From: Eledone cirrhosa
Taxonomy: Eukaryota
Length of the DNA: 64,000 nucleotides
Reading direction: 5' to 3'
Assembly (NCBI GenBank): GCA_964016885.1
Contig: OZ024741.1
Span: 147,870,001-147,934,000, forward strand
In this document: positions 40,092 through 52,674 of the stretch, piece by piece
Layout: the number at the start of each line of letters is the position of its first letter
Position numbering within the stretch: position 1 is the first letter of the stretch
Program-made: the position numbers and the translations under genes
The notes under the pieces: generated by a model
Told to the model about the DNA's origin: nothing
What the model saw: the letters and a program-made list of their open reading frames with translations, nothing else
Databases searched by the model: none

Positions 40092-41079
40092 CTTATTTTG
40101 TTGTTGAATCTTTTTCGTTTCCCATGATACTTCCAGTTCTGAAATAACGTTAATTCATTAACTTTAATATTTTAAAGTGACTTTTTTACTATTGTTAATA
40201 CCTTCAGTATCATCATGTTTAATCAAATTACTATTATTAATACTGTGGGGCTGTCGAGAAGGGACTGCCGTAATTTGGGGGACGTCTTACCGGAAGCGAA
40301 GGACGAGTGACGTCACATCAGGGTTCGGGGTCTATTGACTGCCTTTTTTTGCCAGAGGCGGTGGAAGCATTTCGGAATCGGGGAGGGCCAAATTTGGTCA
40401 ATTTAGTTGTAGTGATTAGTTTAGATGTTACTAGCAGAATTGCCCGGCGTTGCTCGGTATTCTAAACATAGATTGGCATGTTTATCCCTCCTTTCTGAAA
40501 CAGTACAGAGAAGTACGGAATACCTCGGCCTGGGGATGGTGTCTACATTTTGTGCTTATAAAAAAAATTCGTCGTAGATTACCAGGGGTTTAACTTAATT
40601 GGGTGCCTGAGAGTAAAATGTTCAACCCACGAAAGCCAAGACGATAGGATTAAGTAAAAAGGCATTCGACAAACTGAACATGTATTTGTTGTGCTATGGT
40701 ACAATGAAAGCAATAGTTACAGAGCATGTGGGACTGCAGTGTTGGAGAGTGGTGTGGTCTTACTCCTTTCAATGTTTCGTCGTATGTTCACCAATTGATG
40801 CAGAAGTGCTAATAAAAAGTGAAGTCGCTTTGGGTGAATAGGCAAATAATTTTCCATTGCGATTTTTCAAAAGCATGTAATTGCGTTCCCCCTCTTTTTT
40901 GTCGTTGTTTTTGCTGCTGTTGGTGTGATAGCAGCCGTTGGTCGTACTACTAACACAGTCTCGTCCTTCTTCAGCCAATCATGTATATCCCCTTCTGCCT
41001 TGTCTACCTAAAAAATGAAGCGATTTGGGGTATGTTGGGAATAGAATTACAACACGAATGTTAAAGAAAAGGGGAAGTA

Positions 41080-44000
41080 CTACATTCTCCTTGTTGCTTT
41101 GATTGTAGCACCTCCTTGTACACAATGTGCCTTGTTCTTCCGGGTCGGGCATATGCAAAGAGATTTGTCTTGTTTCCCACTCTTGAGCAACCAACGTATG
41201 AAAAACGTGTGAAAAACATGACTCTTCCAAAAGAAGACCAGCAACAGCTACGGTCTGATCCTGGGATTTGTTTATAGATATTGCAAAGCTGACACGAATT
41301 GTAAATTGAAGCCTCCGAAAAGAAAATGGAATGGCCGCCGCTGATGGAATAAGAGGAATTCGTGGAATGAATACGTCGTCCCCTTGTCCACTTCCCGAAA
41401 GAATAGTAGCATCGATAATATGGGGAAGCAATTTTTTACAACCAGTCGTGTGCCGTTGCATAGCTTTGGTGGCTCCAGATTCTGAAGCAGCATTATTGGA
41501 ATTCCTTTCTTGAGCCGTAATATGTGTGGGCGAAGACCTGGAGGGTCCAATGAGTTCAGAAATTCGGTGAGATAGTCTAGCGCCTCATTATGATCTATCA
41601 TTGTGTCAATTGACTTGCATATGTGAAGATGTCTTGGCAGAGACAGCGTTAGCTGGTCGTTCAGCTTGTTAACGGTGGTGTTCTTTGGCGCCAGTATTGC
41701 CCTATCACACAACCAGTTATGGTTACGGAAGTTTTCTTGCATATTTGGGAATACTTTGTCTTTGAGCTCCTCGATAGACGAAATAACGGTACAAATTGGC
41801 CAGATCTCCATTTCCCCTGCCGCGTTAACAGGCACACTACCATCGCCAAGTGCCAAAACACCTTTAGCAAACTGGGAAGACAGTTGGTCACCGTGAAGTG
41901 GAGCTCTCATATTAGTGGAAAGAGTGAGAGTTGTAACATGTCGCCATAACGGTGAGGACTTAAGGCACGCTTGTACTTCATCTGCCCTTGTGCCTTTAGG
42001 AATGACAGGAAGAGTCTGCCTAAAGTCGCCAGACAGCAGAAGCGTTGCACCGCCAATTGGAGCCTGACGGTCTCTGATATCCTTCAGGTCTCTATCTAAT
42101 GCCTCAAGGCATCCTCTGTGAGCCATAGTGCACTCATCCCATACGATAAGAATACACCGTCGGAGGACTTGCCCCTGGTCGGAACTCTTACTGATGTTGC
42201 AGGAATGCGTCTCAGAGGACGCTAAATTCAAGGGTAGTTTAAATGTGGAGTGCGCTGTTCTACCACCTGGCAGCAAAGTAGCAGCAATCCCAGATGAGGC
42301 TACAGTTAACGTGATGTCTCAGTGTTGTCTAACTTTCGCAAGGAGGACTTTGGTTAAAAATGCTTTCCCAGTACCACCAGGTGCATCCAAGAACATGCTG
42401 CCGGATCGACGACGCACGTTGTCAACAATACTGTTGTAAGCATTACGTTGGTCTGGAAGCAGTTGTGGTTCCATTTCATTGACGTATTGGGCAAGGGCAA
42501 CTATGTCGTAAGACGTTTCCCGTAGAACAGCTGTGGGAAGTGTGTCTAATCCTGACCGGAGTGTTTTGGGCAGACCGTATGTGGGCAAATCATTTCCACC
42601 AAGTGAAACAATCCTGTCCTCTAGGTCAATTAGTGCTCGATTGTAAACCTCTTTACTGGTGCCTTCCATATCGGGGTACTGCAATAGTGCCTGATGTCTG
42701 TAGTCTTCCGAAAGGTCATCTCTATACTTAAGCCACAAAGAGTTTGGATTACCCATTTCGCATGTTTGAAGTAATACGGCAAACAGAGCCCGTAGACATT
42801 GAGATGATTGCGAAGTATCAGCCTCGAATAATGTGTCATCCCACTGTGCACCATCTTCCAGCAGACCATGTTTGAAGCAGGCTTCCCTGTATGTGCCGCA
42901 TATACAATCGTTGATTGTTCGAAGGTCCTGGAAAGACTGCGGTGCCCTTACTTCATGCAGCAACAGACGGAGGTAGAAGCATTCGTGGTGATTCGGGTGG
43001 ACGGTGTAAACTCTTCCAAGACAACTGTCAAACTTTATGCCGGGATGCCCATCAACAGGTTGGCCTACCCTTCTGCGCACCCATTGTTTTCTGGTCCACG
43101 TGTAGTAGGACGGCACTTGAGGGTACAGCAATGTTTGAGCGAACGGATCGGCCTGACAAAGCTTGAAAAAGGCAGTGAGGGTGGTTTCCCGTGGTTCCTC
43201 CACCATTTGAGCGACATTAACATCGGTAGACCCTTTGACCATTTTCCAAGTGGACTGCAAGCTGCTCGATCGAAGGGTGCCTTTGGTGTATGGGAAAGTC
43301 GAAAATGCGCCAGAAGGCCTCATTGCTGCCGATGTAACGGCCGACTTGATATTGCGTAACTTCATCTTGGCTGTTGTCCTGTTGAAGGCTGAACATAGCA
43401 GCATCTGAACCCTTATTTACATACTTGCATATATACTTGATCGACTTAACTGAATTGCAGAACTCCACATTGATATGGGCATTGAAGGTCTTGGATGGGA
43501 GTGAGCAGTACGGCACTATCCATCTGTTGTCAACTTCATGCTGTCCATCTGCTGCAGTAAAACCACCATCACTGGGTTTACGTCGCCTGTAAAGTGGATA
43601 TCCGTCAATGCCAGTCTGGGTTTTTGGTAGAAACTTCCTAGGAAACCGTTTGCTGCATATACTGTCTTTCAAGCAAGGTGAGTTTGAATTAAAACCACGT
43701 CCACAGGGGCCGTGCACCAAGTTTTTTGTCACTATGTCGTGGAAGTACTTGTCGGTAGATGGATCAGGGATTTCGACGGAGATGATTTTGTCAATGTTGG
43801 AAGCGATCTTAGTGGAAAGCCAAATGAGGATATGAGCATGGAGAAGGCCTCTTTTTTGCCACTCTACGGTGTACATGTCACACTTAACTGGTCCAGACAC
43901 TTGTCTTCTCTTGGTGAGTTCCATGAGGTTGATTAGTTTCAATCGGAAGACTCGGGCCAGGATGTCGTGTCGGACTTTGGCTTGTTGACCCTGGAAGAGT

Positions 44001-45664
44001 TCTACCTCAATCTCTTTCCACTTGGGATTGCACGTGAAAGTTATGAGCAGGTCAGGCCTACTGTAATGCCGTACATAAGTCATAGCGTCTTGCGTCCTCT
44101 CGTGCATATAGCGCAGACTTCTGGTGAAAGTGGACGGGAGGATGCAAAGTTTTCCTACTCTGGTGGGGGCTGCATCATTGTTGATGGCATCGCGGAGATG
44201 GATGTAGCTCTCGGAACGCAGTTGCCTCTGGTGTGACCGTATGAAGCACAACCTGTGTCCGACTCCATTTTCGCGCACATATCAACGGCGAATTGCTTAA
44301 AGAGGTCTCTTGACTGGTACAGGTGGTTGAAGGAGTTTTGGCGGACCATGAAGCGGTATGAGTAGAATTCCATGCAGGAAACGGTTTTCTTGGAGGAATG
44401 CCCAGGGTTTTCTGGATTATGCTGTGGAAGACCAAATCGGTATCCGTCCTCTCCATGCACAAACATAAGCGGGTACTGAAGGGCGTCATAAGATCTATGG
44501 GTTTCACTTATACGCTGAAGTGTGTTGTCCCGTCGCCTGAGAACAATGTCTCGTGGGTTGTGCTGATCGCCATGGAGAAGGACAGTGGTTTCATTGCAAG
44601 CAGGTGAATTTTAGCGGTCCGAATGCTCCCCAGAAGGCCTGTTTAGGCGTCAATGACCACATTAAAGTCTGATGCAGGAGCTGATTCGAAGGCATATTTG
44701 AAACTGATGATATAGCTGTTGTTTGTGTGCAATATGTCTTGTAGTTTCCTTATAAGATCCAGGTTGGTACCAGGTGAAATGGAGTTCCGCATGGCTGCCT
44801 GTTCGCTGACATTCCCAACGAAGTTAAGTTGAAGAAATTGAGGAACTTGATTGGCGGTTGGCTGGAGTGATCCAATTCTATGGTACACCTGCCCTTGCAC
44901 TTTAAATGTGGGCATAAATCTACCCTCTTTGACAATATATGCTCCGAAAGATGTCATCTGGAAGGCGCAATTGTACTTCCGGATATTTTTCAGGAAATGA
45001 TTTGATTCAGCAGTTGTGCCAGCAAGAAGGAGCTTCAACGGCTGTGGTGGATCCTCCAGTGGGTGCAGTTTGACCTTCCCGTTTGCGCAGCACATACCAG
45101 GTGTTTCGCCTGACCACTTTTTAGCATTGCAAAAAGAGCACGATTTTGACATACTCCCAAGTATCATGTCTGAGTGGCCGCTATAGTCGAAGTCGGGGTT
45201 GTACTCGAAGGCTTTGAAGGCCCGTTGTGAACTGCATTGCTTTGAAATGCCCTGTCTAAAGGCTCTTCGTTGAGCATTACTTTCTAGTTGATTATCTCGT
45301 TCTTGCGAGGTCTGTGTAGCTCGCGCAGCAGCAGTGTTCGCAGCATCATCATTCCGACGTCTACTACGCTGGTCTTCTGTCTCGGCAGCTCGTGCAGCAG
45401 AAGTTGATGCAGCATCATCACTCCGACGACGTTTACCCTGGTCTTCCGTCTCGGCAGCTCGTGTAGCAGAAGATGATGCGGCATCAGCGGTTCGGCGAAT
45501 GGTTCGTTGGTTGTCTGTTTCAAGTGCTCTTCTGGTGGCAGTACGTTCAGCATCTTGCGACCGTCGAATAGCAGATTCCACTGACGATTCGTTTGCCCGC
45601 CTTGTTATTTTTCTTGCCGCTTTCGCAATATTTAGGCCAATGGGTATCTCTTCCTAAGAGGCAT
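41080..45664 (-). pseudogene. Helitron Rep/Pif1 helicase (RepHel), frameshifted
   Basis: 23-aa repeats, C..C...CC zinc motif, ITFTCN, EWQKRGLLHAHI, KYICKY, GGTGK, WDE, GDFRQ, LCNGTRL, INKSQ. Confidence 0.93.
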
Positions 45665-45874
45665 GACCTAAAAGCAGGACGAAGTACACTAAGACTAACT
45701 GGTAGAGTAAGGCGTAAACTCGTCAGTGATGCATCTGATTTCCGAACCATTGACTATGTAATTGCTAATACATGAGTGCCGTCTTAACCGGGGCGCGACG
45801 TTATAGCTATGTATCTATCTAAAAAGACAGAGTAAGAAAGAGAGAGGAATGTCGCATTATATATATTATATATA

Positions 45875-45933
45875 ATAAAGTACCAGTAATGTACTGGGAT
45901 AATTGCTGGCCTTGTACCAAAAGTAGAAACAAT
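45875..45933 (+). mobile_element. SINE 3' fragment within the Helitron
   Basis: ataaagtaccagtaatgtactgg...ctggccttgtaccaaaagtagaaac. Confidence 0.75.
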
Positions 45934-46062
45934 TATACTTCTTTTTTATACAACTGTAAATAACATGTTTATGTATGTATATATATATACGTATATATGT
46001 ATGTATAAAGGAATGCTGTAATAAAATGTACAAATTAAACTGTCTCTTATTTATGATACTAA

Positions 46063-46066
<4 letters not shown>

Positions 46067-46136
<70 letters not shown>

Positions 46137-46160
46137 TATATATATATACACACACACTAT
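46067..46160. repeat. (TA)n microsatellite
   Basis: Directly visible. Confidence 0.95.
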
Positions 46161-49100
46161 ATATACATATATACACACACAGATAGCGAAGTCAATGTAC
46201 AGAATTTCGTAATGCAGACAGCCAGACATACAGACAGATATTATAAGGGCGCGACGTTATAGCTATGTATCTATCTAAAAAGACAGACTAAGAAAGAGAG
46301 AAATCGCTAACCGGAAGTGTTGACATTTGAAAATTTTAAAGAAGGGAATATTTAAATAAACAATAAAATTCTTTAATCTTTTAACTAAATTTAGTAGACA
46401 AAAATACCCTCACTTTCTTACTTGGAAAAAGTTACATCTATCAGTCAAGAAAATTTTTGAAACATAAGTAATGAATATGCAAAATTTTAAAAAATTCGGT
46501 TGGGTACTTCTCGAGTTACAGGCCCTAACGCAACCAAAATGCTTCAAAAAGTCGGTTTTTCGCCTAATGCAGCCCTGGGGCAAAAAATGGGAAAATCCTT
46601 TTTGCTCAAAACACTCACACGACCATAAGTATTTCATGTGTAAATTTAAATAAAAATCGGTTGGGTGGTTCTCGAGCTTCAGGGGGACAAACAGATAGGC
46701 AGACAGACATACATTCTCTGTTTTAGATATATAGATTATCAAATATCAACCAAGATATAAAAAACTTCGATATGCGATAAACATAACGTGTACATAAATT
46801 GTAGCGTGTACACAAATAGATGTGTGTTTTGGTAGTTGTTTAGGGAGAAAAATATAATTATTGGGAGGGGCCATGAAACGGTGGTGTGGATGGCGTTCGT
46901 GAACGGGTTCCCCAATGAGATGGAAATGGCATTACGAAGAATGAAAATAAGGCTCAGGTAATCATGATCGACCATATGATGGATGGAATTGATGTGGTAA
47001 TGGGCATATATGCGATTGGCTGCTTGGGAGACAATACAGTGAGTGAGGTCCGGGTAATGTTTGATAGCGCGGAAGCGTCATGCGCCGTGAGTGTGCAACA
47101 GGAGAACAAGGAGACCCACGAAGAAAAACATGCTGTTCACACCATACAGGACAAGGATTTCAGGGCTGTGTTCAATGGGCAACAGTGGATAGTTGATTGG
47201 TACTAGAAAGGAGAACACCCAACGCTGAAAACAGAGTGAGCTGCTATCAGCATAACTTGAAAGGAGATGCCAGAAGCGAGTTTGTGGGATAGGGGCAAAG
47301 ATGGATCGGGGAAGTGAAATTGATACCTTAGAAGGCGAAAATAAAGAATGGAGTTTTGCCGTTAATGGCAGTAGTGTAGCCAACGAAGAACAAGGTCAGA
47401 CTGGTGCTAGAATTTCGGTAACTAAATGAACCCCTATCATGCCACACAGGCAATGAAGTGACGGATGTCTGCGGGGAAACCTTACGAGAATGGTGATAAA
47501 TAACGGGGGCTTTCACGATTGCCGATTTCAAGTCGGCATATCTGCAGTTTCACGTAGATGAGAAACTGTGGAAGTATCAGCTGGTCAGGTATAAGGGTCA
47601 GACATACTTCCTGACCAGGCTTGGTTTCGGGTTAAACCCCGCACCAAATATCATTCTGGGGAAAGTAGACAAAGTGAAGAGGGCCACCAACTCCTACATC
47701 GATGATGTCGTGGTAGATATCTGCATCAGAGGTCTCAAGCCACATTGGAAGGTTCGGTTTAACCACGAAACAACTAGAGACGATGGAGGGAGGAGCCGCA
47801 CTGGAACTCAAGCTGCAAAGAGACAAGACGGGGACACTGGTATTTTGGAGAAGACATGGAGTCCTGGAACTGGGCACCGACATGGATAGACGATAACACT
47901 TCTTAATGTGTGGGAAATTAGTGGGCCGCTATTCGATCGCATGGTGGCTCCGAACGGCATGCAGCTATGTCAAGAGACGTGCGAACGGAGTGAGCTGAGG
48001 AGACAGGCTAGGAGAGCGGACGGTGGCTATGATGCAGGAGATTGTGGAGAGGGTAAAGGCGTATGATCCAGTAAGAGGAATCTGGTACGTCCCCAAATCG
48101 GTGAGCAAGACCTTATGGGGTAGAGCCAGCAACATAGCACTAGGAAATAGGGGGTGTCAATGACTGCAACCACATCAACGTGGCCGAGAGGGGGTGAATC
48201 TCGCCTTGAGATGGGGCTGCGCACCATAGATATACGTAATGATACAGACACTGTACTCGGGTGGGTGAAATCAATGCTCACCAGTGAGAAAAGGGTGCAA
48301 ACGAGAGGGGCGGCAGAAATGTTTATAAAGTGTCACCTGGGAATTCTGGGAGAAGTTGTTTCTGACTTCGGTGTGAAGTTGAATATTGTTTTTGTACCCT
48401 CGGAGAAAATAGTGCAGACATCTTAACCAGGATAAAAAAAAGTCTGGCTGGAAGTCCCAGAGGACGCGGAAAAGGGTATAGCTGCAGTGTCGGCTGAGTG
48501 ACTCGGAATTGAGAAGGTTGCATACCATGCATTATATAGGAGTCGATTTTCCTGGCCCTAGCCAGGAAAATCGACTCCGACGTTAGCAGACAGTGTCCAG
48601 AAAGTGGTCGTGAGTTGCGACAGTTGCCAGTCTATCGACCCCGCCCTGGGCATCCACAAGACGGGTAGCATCCTAGTGGATCATAACGGGAAGCGATTGG
48701 CGGTGGATGTGAAACACTACCGACAAGAGACATATCTCTCAATGGTTGATTGTAGTCCGGGGCGGATGGCGATATGGAAGGAAATGAAGACGGGGACTGC
48801 AGAGGAAATTGCGCAGACGCTGAGAGCGATATTTTTGGAGCGGGACTCTGTAGATGAACAGCTGATGGATAACAACACAGCGTTTCGCTCGGAGGTGCTG
48901 AAGGCAAACCTGTCCACTCTCCCAGTCCGACGGGGAGATCTCCCACCCACTTTGGGATGGGTGAGAGATGTCTTCTCTTGTGAAAATGGGCATAGCTTTC
49001 ATTATGTAAAATCTCCCCATTTTGCTTCATTTTCTTTCGTTTTGGGGGCACTTTTTTTCATGGTTTGGGTTTTTAGAGTTTGGCAGGTCTGTGAAGGAGA

Positions 49101-49446
49101 TACTTGACGAGTGGATGTGAGCCGCTTCTTCAGAGCGGCATACAGGCCAAGCGGAAATGGGATCGTGAAGAGACACCATCGCACGGTCAAGGCCATGGTG
49201 AAAGGTGGCCACATTTCGGCAATGGTGTCGGTGTTCTGGTACACTGTCTCCTCGAGTGGGACAGACCGAGGAGTCGGTGCCACATAGGGTGATATATAGA
49301 TACGAATGACGACATCCGTGCACGTTATCACAACAACCTGTGCAAGAGAGAGAGAGAGAATGCATTCATACGAGAGTGCAAAGAAGTCTGGGTCAAGCAC
49401 CCGAATGCGCTTGACACGTCTCAATGGGGAAAGGGAACGGTAACCG

Positions 49447-49968
49447 CTACTTTTATGGATCCTTCATATGATAGGACAAGGTTTATATCACTGACACTCT
49501 ACCCCTGTGCATCTATTACATGTAATGCACACATTTGCATTGTACACATCTTATAGAGTTTCTGCTGATTCCTTTTCTGTGTATCGAACAGGCCCATTTA
49601 TTGATGGGATCAGGATCGTGTCTTCTTTCTTATTTACTAACACTTGTCTTTTCTAAGCTTACTCTCAGCCCTTTTGATTCTGTTTCCACAGTTGGAACTT
49701 ATTCTCTAGTTTTTCTACGGATTCGGGTATAAGAACCAGTTCATTTGCATAAAGAAGTTCCCATGGGCAGCCAGTCATAAACCTCTCTGTTATGGCCTAG
49801 AGAATTATAATGAACAGAAGTGGGCTGAGAACTGAACCCCGATGAACTTTTACCTGAGCTTTTAATTCTTCATTAAACTCCTTTTCTACTTTCATTTTAC
49901 CTACAGCTCCTCTGTACATGGCTTGCACTGATCTCACCAACCATTCTTTTAAGCATAGTTTCCTTAAG
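49447..49968 (-). mobile_element. RTE/BovB-like fragment inside the Gypsy element
   Basis: VHRGSVLSPLLFII, CPWELLYA, KWACSI..GVSRNSIRC. Confidence 0.82.
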
Positions 49969-50411
49969 GGCCAGCAGATGACAGCGGTGTTCTGGTACAA
50001 CATGTCTCCTCGAGCGGGAGAGATGGAGAGTCGGTGTCACATAGGGTGATATATAGATACGAATGATGACATCCGTGCATGTTATCACAACAACCCGTGG
50101 AAGAAAGAATGAATGCATTCGAACGAGTGTGCGAAGAAGTTTGGGTCAAGTTCCCGAATGCACATTGTACATCTCAATGGGGAAATGGAACGGTAACGGC
50201 TGTAAAGCCCCGAAACAACGTGCTTGTGGACGGATTGCAACGTCACGTGTCTTTGACGTCCGCAGAGTCGTTGATTTAACGGACTTCGGAGAAGAGGAGA
50301 ACGAAAGCGTCGCCCAACTGTGCGGAGATGGCAACGGGAACGCTGTCCACCCAGGTGGATGGTGGACTTTGACATGTGATAGGGGGATTGATCGTTGAGA
50401 TCAGTGGGGTA

Positions 50412-50677
50412 TGTGGAGCTACCGAGAGGAGACTGCCAGAAGTTGGCGACGTCTTACCGGAAGCGAAGGACGAGTGACGTCACATTAGGGTTCGGGGCAT
50501 TTTGACTGCCTTTTTTGTCCCCTCGGGCTGTGATCGTGTGTTGCGATCGTGAGCGAGAGAGGTTCTGTAGTCCTCAGTCGAATTTAATTCACGTGGACGT
50601 CGGTGCAGTGGACAGTGGACGATTCAGTCTGTAGTGATTTGGAGACGGAAGGTAAGTCCGATCGCTTTCAAACTACA
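50412..50677 (+). repeat. Gypsy 3' LTR
   Basis: First ~105 bp similar to 40244-40351; TG...CA ends. Confidence 0.85.
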
Positions 50678-50849
50678 AATATCATTTTTCATATATGGTT
50701 GTTGGAAATTGTTCGGCTATTCTAAAGACTAATGTTTTTAATTCTCAGATTTGGCATATCTCATAGTCGACTTTTTTAACTTAACTTTTCCAATTCACAA
50801 CCAACAAGGTTGCAAGGCACATCGGATAGAAGTTAATGAACTAACGTTT

Positions 50850-51380
50850 CCCAGTCTGTGACGTTCGAGATGTTTGGTCGAGTTGGACCGCTGACAGCGA
50901 GGTTCTTGTCATCGCTAACGGGAACGATTGAACGATAACGGCTACTTTTATGGATCCTTCATATGATAGGACAAGGTTTATATCACTGACACTCTACCCC
51001 TGTGCATCTATTACATGTAATGCACACATTTGCATTGTGTACATCTTATAGAGTTTCTGCTGACTCCTTTTCTGTGTATCGAACAGGCCCATTTATTGAT
51101 GATGATCAGGATCTTGTCTTCTTTCTTATTTACTAATACTCTAGTTTTTTCTAAACTTACTCTCAGCCCTTTTGATTCTGTTTCCACGGTTGGAACTTTG
51201 GTCGAGACGTTTGGTCGAGTTGGACAGGTGACAGCGAGGTTCACAGGTGACATCGCTGGCGGCTAGCCTTACTGAGGTGTCAGGTGATGCCCGTGAGGGT
51301 GCCTAGTTGTTTCAGCGCCTTAGCCTTGCCGTCACCCGTGGCAATACTGCGAGCGTATTGGCTTGCCTCAAAGTGTTTAG
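50850..51380 (+). mobile_element. CRE-like 3' end interrupted by a duplicated RTE fragment (50941-51198)
   Basis: FEMFGRVG and LFQRLSLAVTRGN motifs; the insert is nearly identical to 49447-49700. Confidence 0.75.
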
Positions 51381-52289
51381 TTAACCCTATGATGTGTATT
51401 GCGGCCCATTGTCACACTTGGTGGTGAATTGATTGTGGTTTTTGTACCCCCTCTTTGTTTTCTCTCTTTTATGAGTTTATATTTGTGTTTAACAACGACA
51501 TATTTTTAATGTTGTTCTGAACGAATTGCGAGCAAATTATGTTATTTACCCATTTGTGATGTTATTTGTAATGTTATTTATGTATATATTTCAAACATAT
51601 TTGTAATGTTATTTATACAACAGCGAATTAAATTAATTATGTATCGTTGTTGAGAAGTTAAAGAAACATTTATTTTAAAGTGATATAAATATCTTGAACA
51701 AACGTTATTCCGATAGTGGATTGTAGCGTTATTTACTGTCACTTTGAACATATTGAAGTATGAATTTTGACATTGCATCTAAATCTGAATGAAGTCGATG
51801 TCTGTGCTCCCTAATTCTATTTTATTTTTATCCTTAATCTGCGCCTAAGGACTTTGCCTTTCAGTCAAGCATTGCACACTGTAACAATTTACATATTTCT
51901 TTCCTTTATTTATTTGCTCAATTCTTTCATTCTTTTATATTTGACTTTACTTGCTCTCTTTCCCCCTCTTTCTTTCATTTAGTCATTTATTAATGTATCT
52001 AATTTTCTAAAAATAAAATATTTCTTTATGGGGCCTCCCCTTTTTTTTCTTTCGTTTCATTTATTATAAATTTTTCTTTTACTATAAATACCACTTACCA
52101 AATTCTAACCAATTTGGGTCTATACACCTAACCATCTATTTACTCCCCCCCCCCCCCATTACTATCTTTCTATTTCTCTCTCTTTCTATCCCTTTATACA
52201 TCTACCAATCATCTCCATATTCTCCCTAATTACAATTTCCTGTTTCTACCTTCAACACCCCAGTTAAAATTCCCACCTCTCCTCAGCCT

Positions 52290-52470
52290 TCATCTCCATA
52301 GGATGTCAACCTGTGATACTTGTGCGACATACGCAACAGGCGTAAGGAAAGAAGGAACTGTACCAACTGTAATAGTTTCTTCCACCTTTCTTGCATCAAA
52401 TTTACTCGGCACGCGTCGGCATCCCTGCATCAGTGGAACAGCTCGTGATGTCTATCTCTTTCGACACAAG
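52290..52470 (+). mobile_element. PHD-finger remnant, probable CRE-like 5' end
   Basis: CDTC...CTNCNSFFHLSC...QW after a pyrimidine-rich leader resembling 30200-30700 in composition. Confidence 0.5.
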
Positions 52471-52674
52471 TAAGAGGCTAGATACGGTGTGTCATACGTC
52501 CACTCACTTTACATCAGGGTGGTACTACTTTACCAGATACATATCAACATACCAACATAACCACTAAATGTAATTGTATTAGTATCTGATTATTTCACAT
52601 TGGTGCCTGTTAATGATGCAACCGTTACATAATTACTAACCGCCATGTCATTGAAATATGCATGTTGCTTCTTC

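Larger units (their letters stand above)
40431..46735 (-). mobile_element. Boundary-complete autonomous-type Helitron (family A), coding region decayed
   Basis: A|TCTATATATC 5' end at 46735 followed by GTCT repeats; 3' hairpin CCGAGCAACGCCGGG then CTAG|T at 40431. Confidence 0.92.
40244..50677 (+). mobile_element. Degenerate Ty3/Gypsy LTR retrotransposon with nested insertions
   Basis: Truncated 5' LTR 40244-~40351 and 3' LTR 50412-50677 (TG...CA, purine tract before it); flanks AATAC and AATAT. Pol remnants 46900-50280: DVVMG, DFKSAYLQ, LGFGL, YIDD, C..C, AVD, MDN, SGNGIVKR. Confidence 0.87.

Noticed and set aside
41272-42276. Host PIF1 helicase gene
   Set aside because: Fused to a HUH Rep domain, frameshifted and inside Helitron termini.
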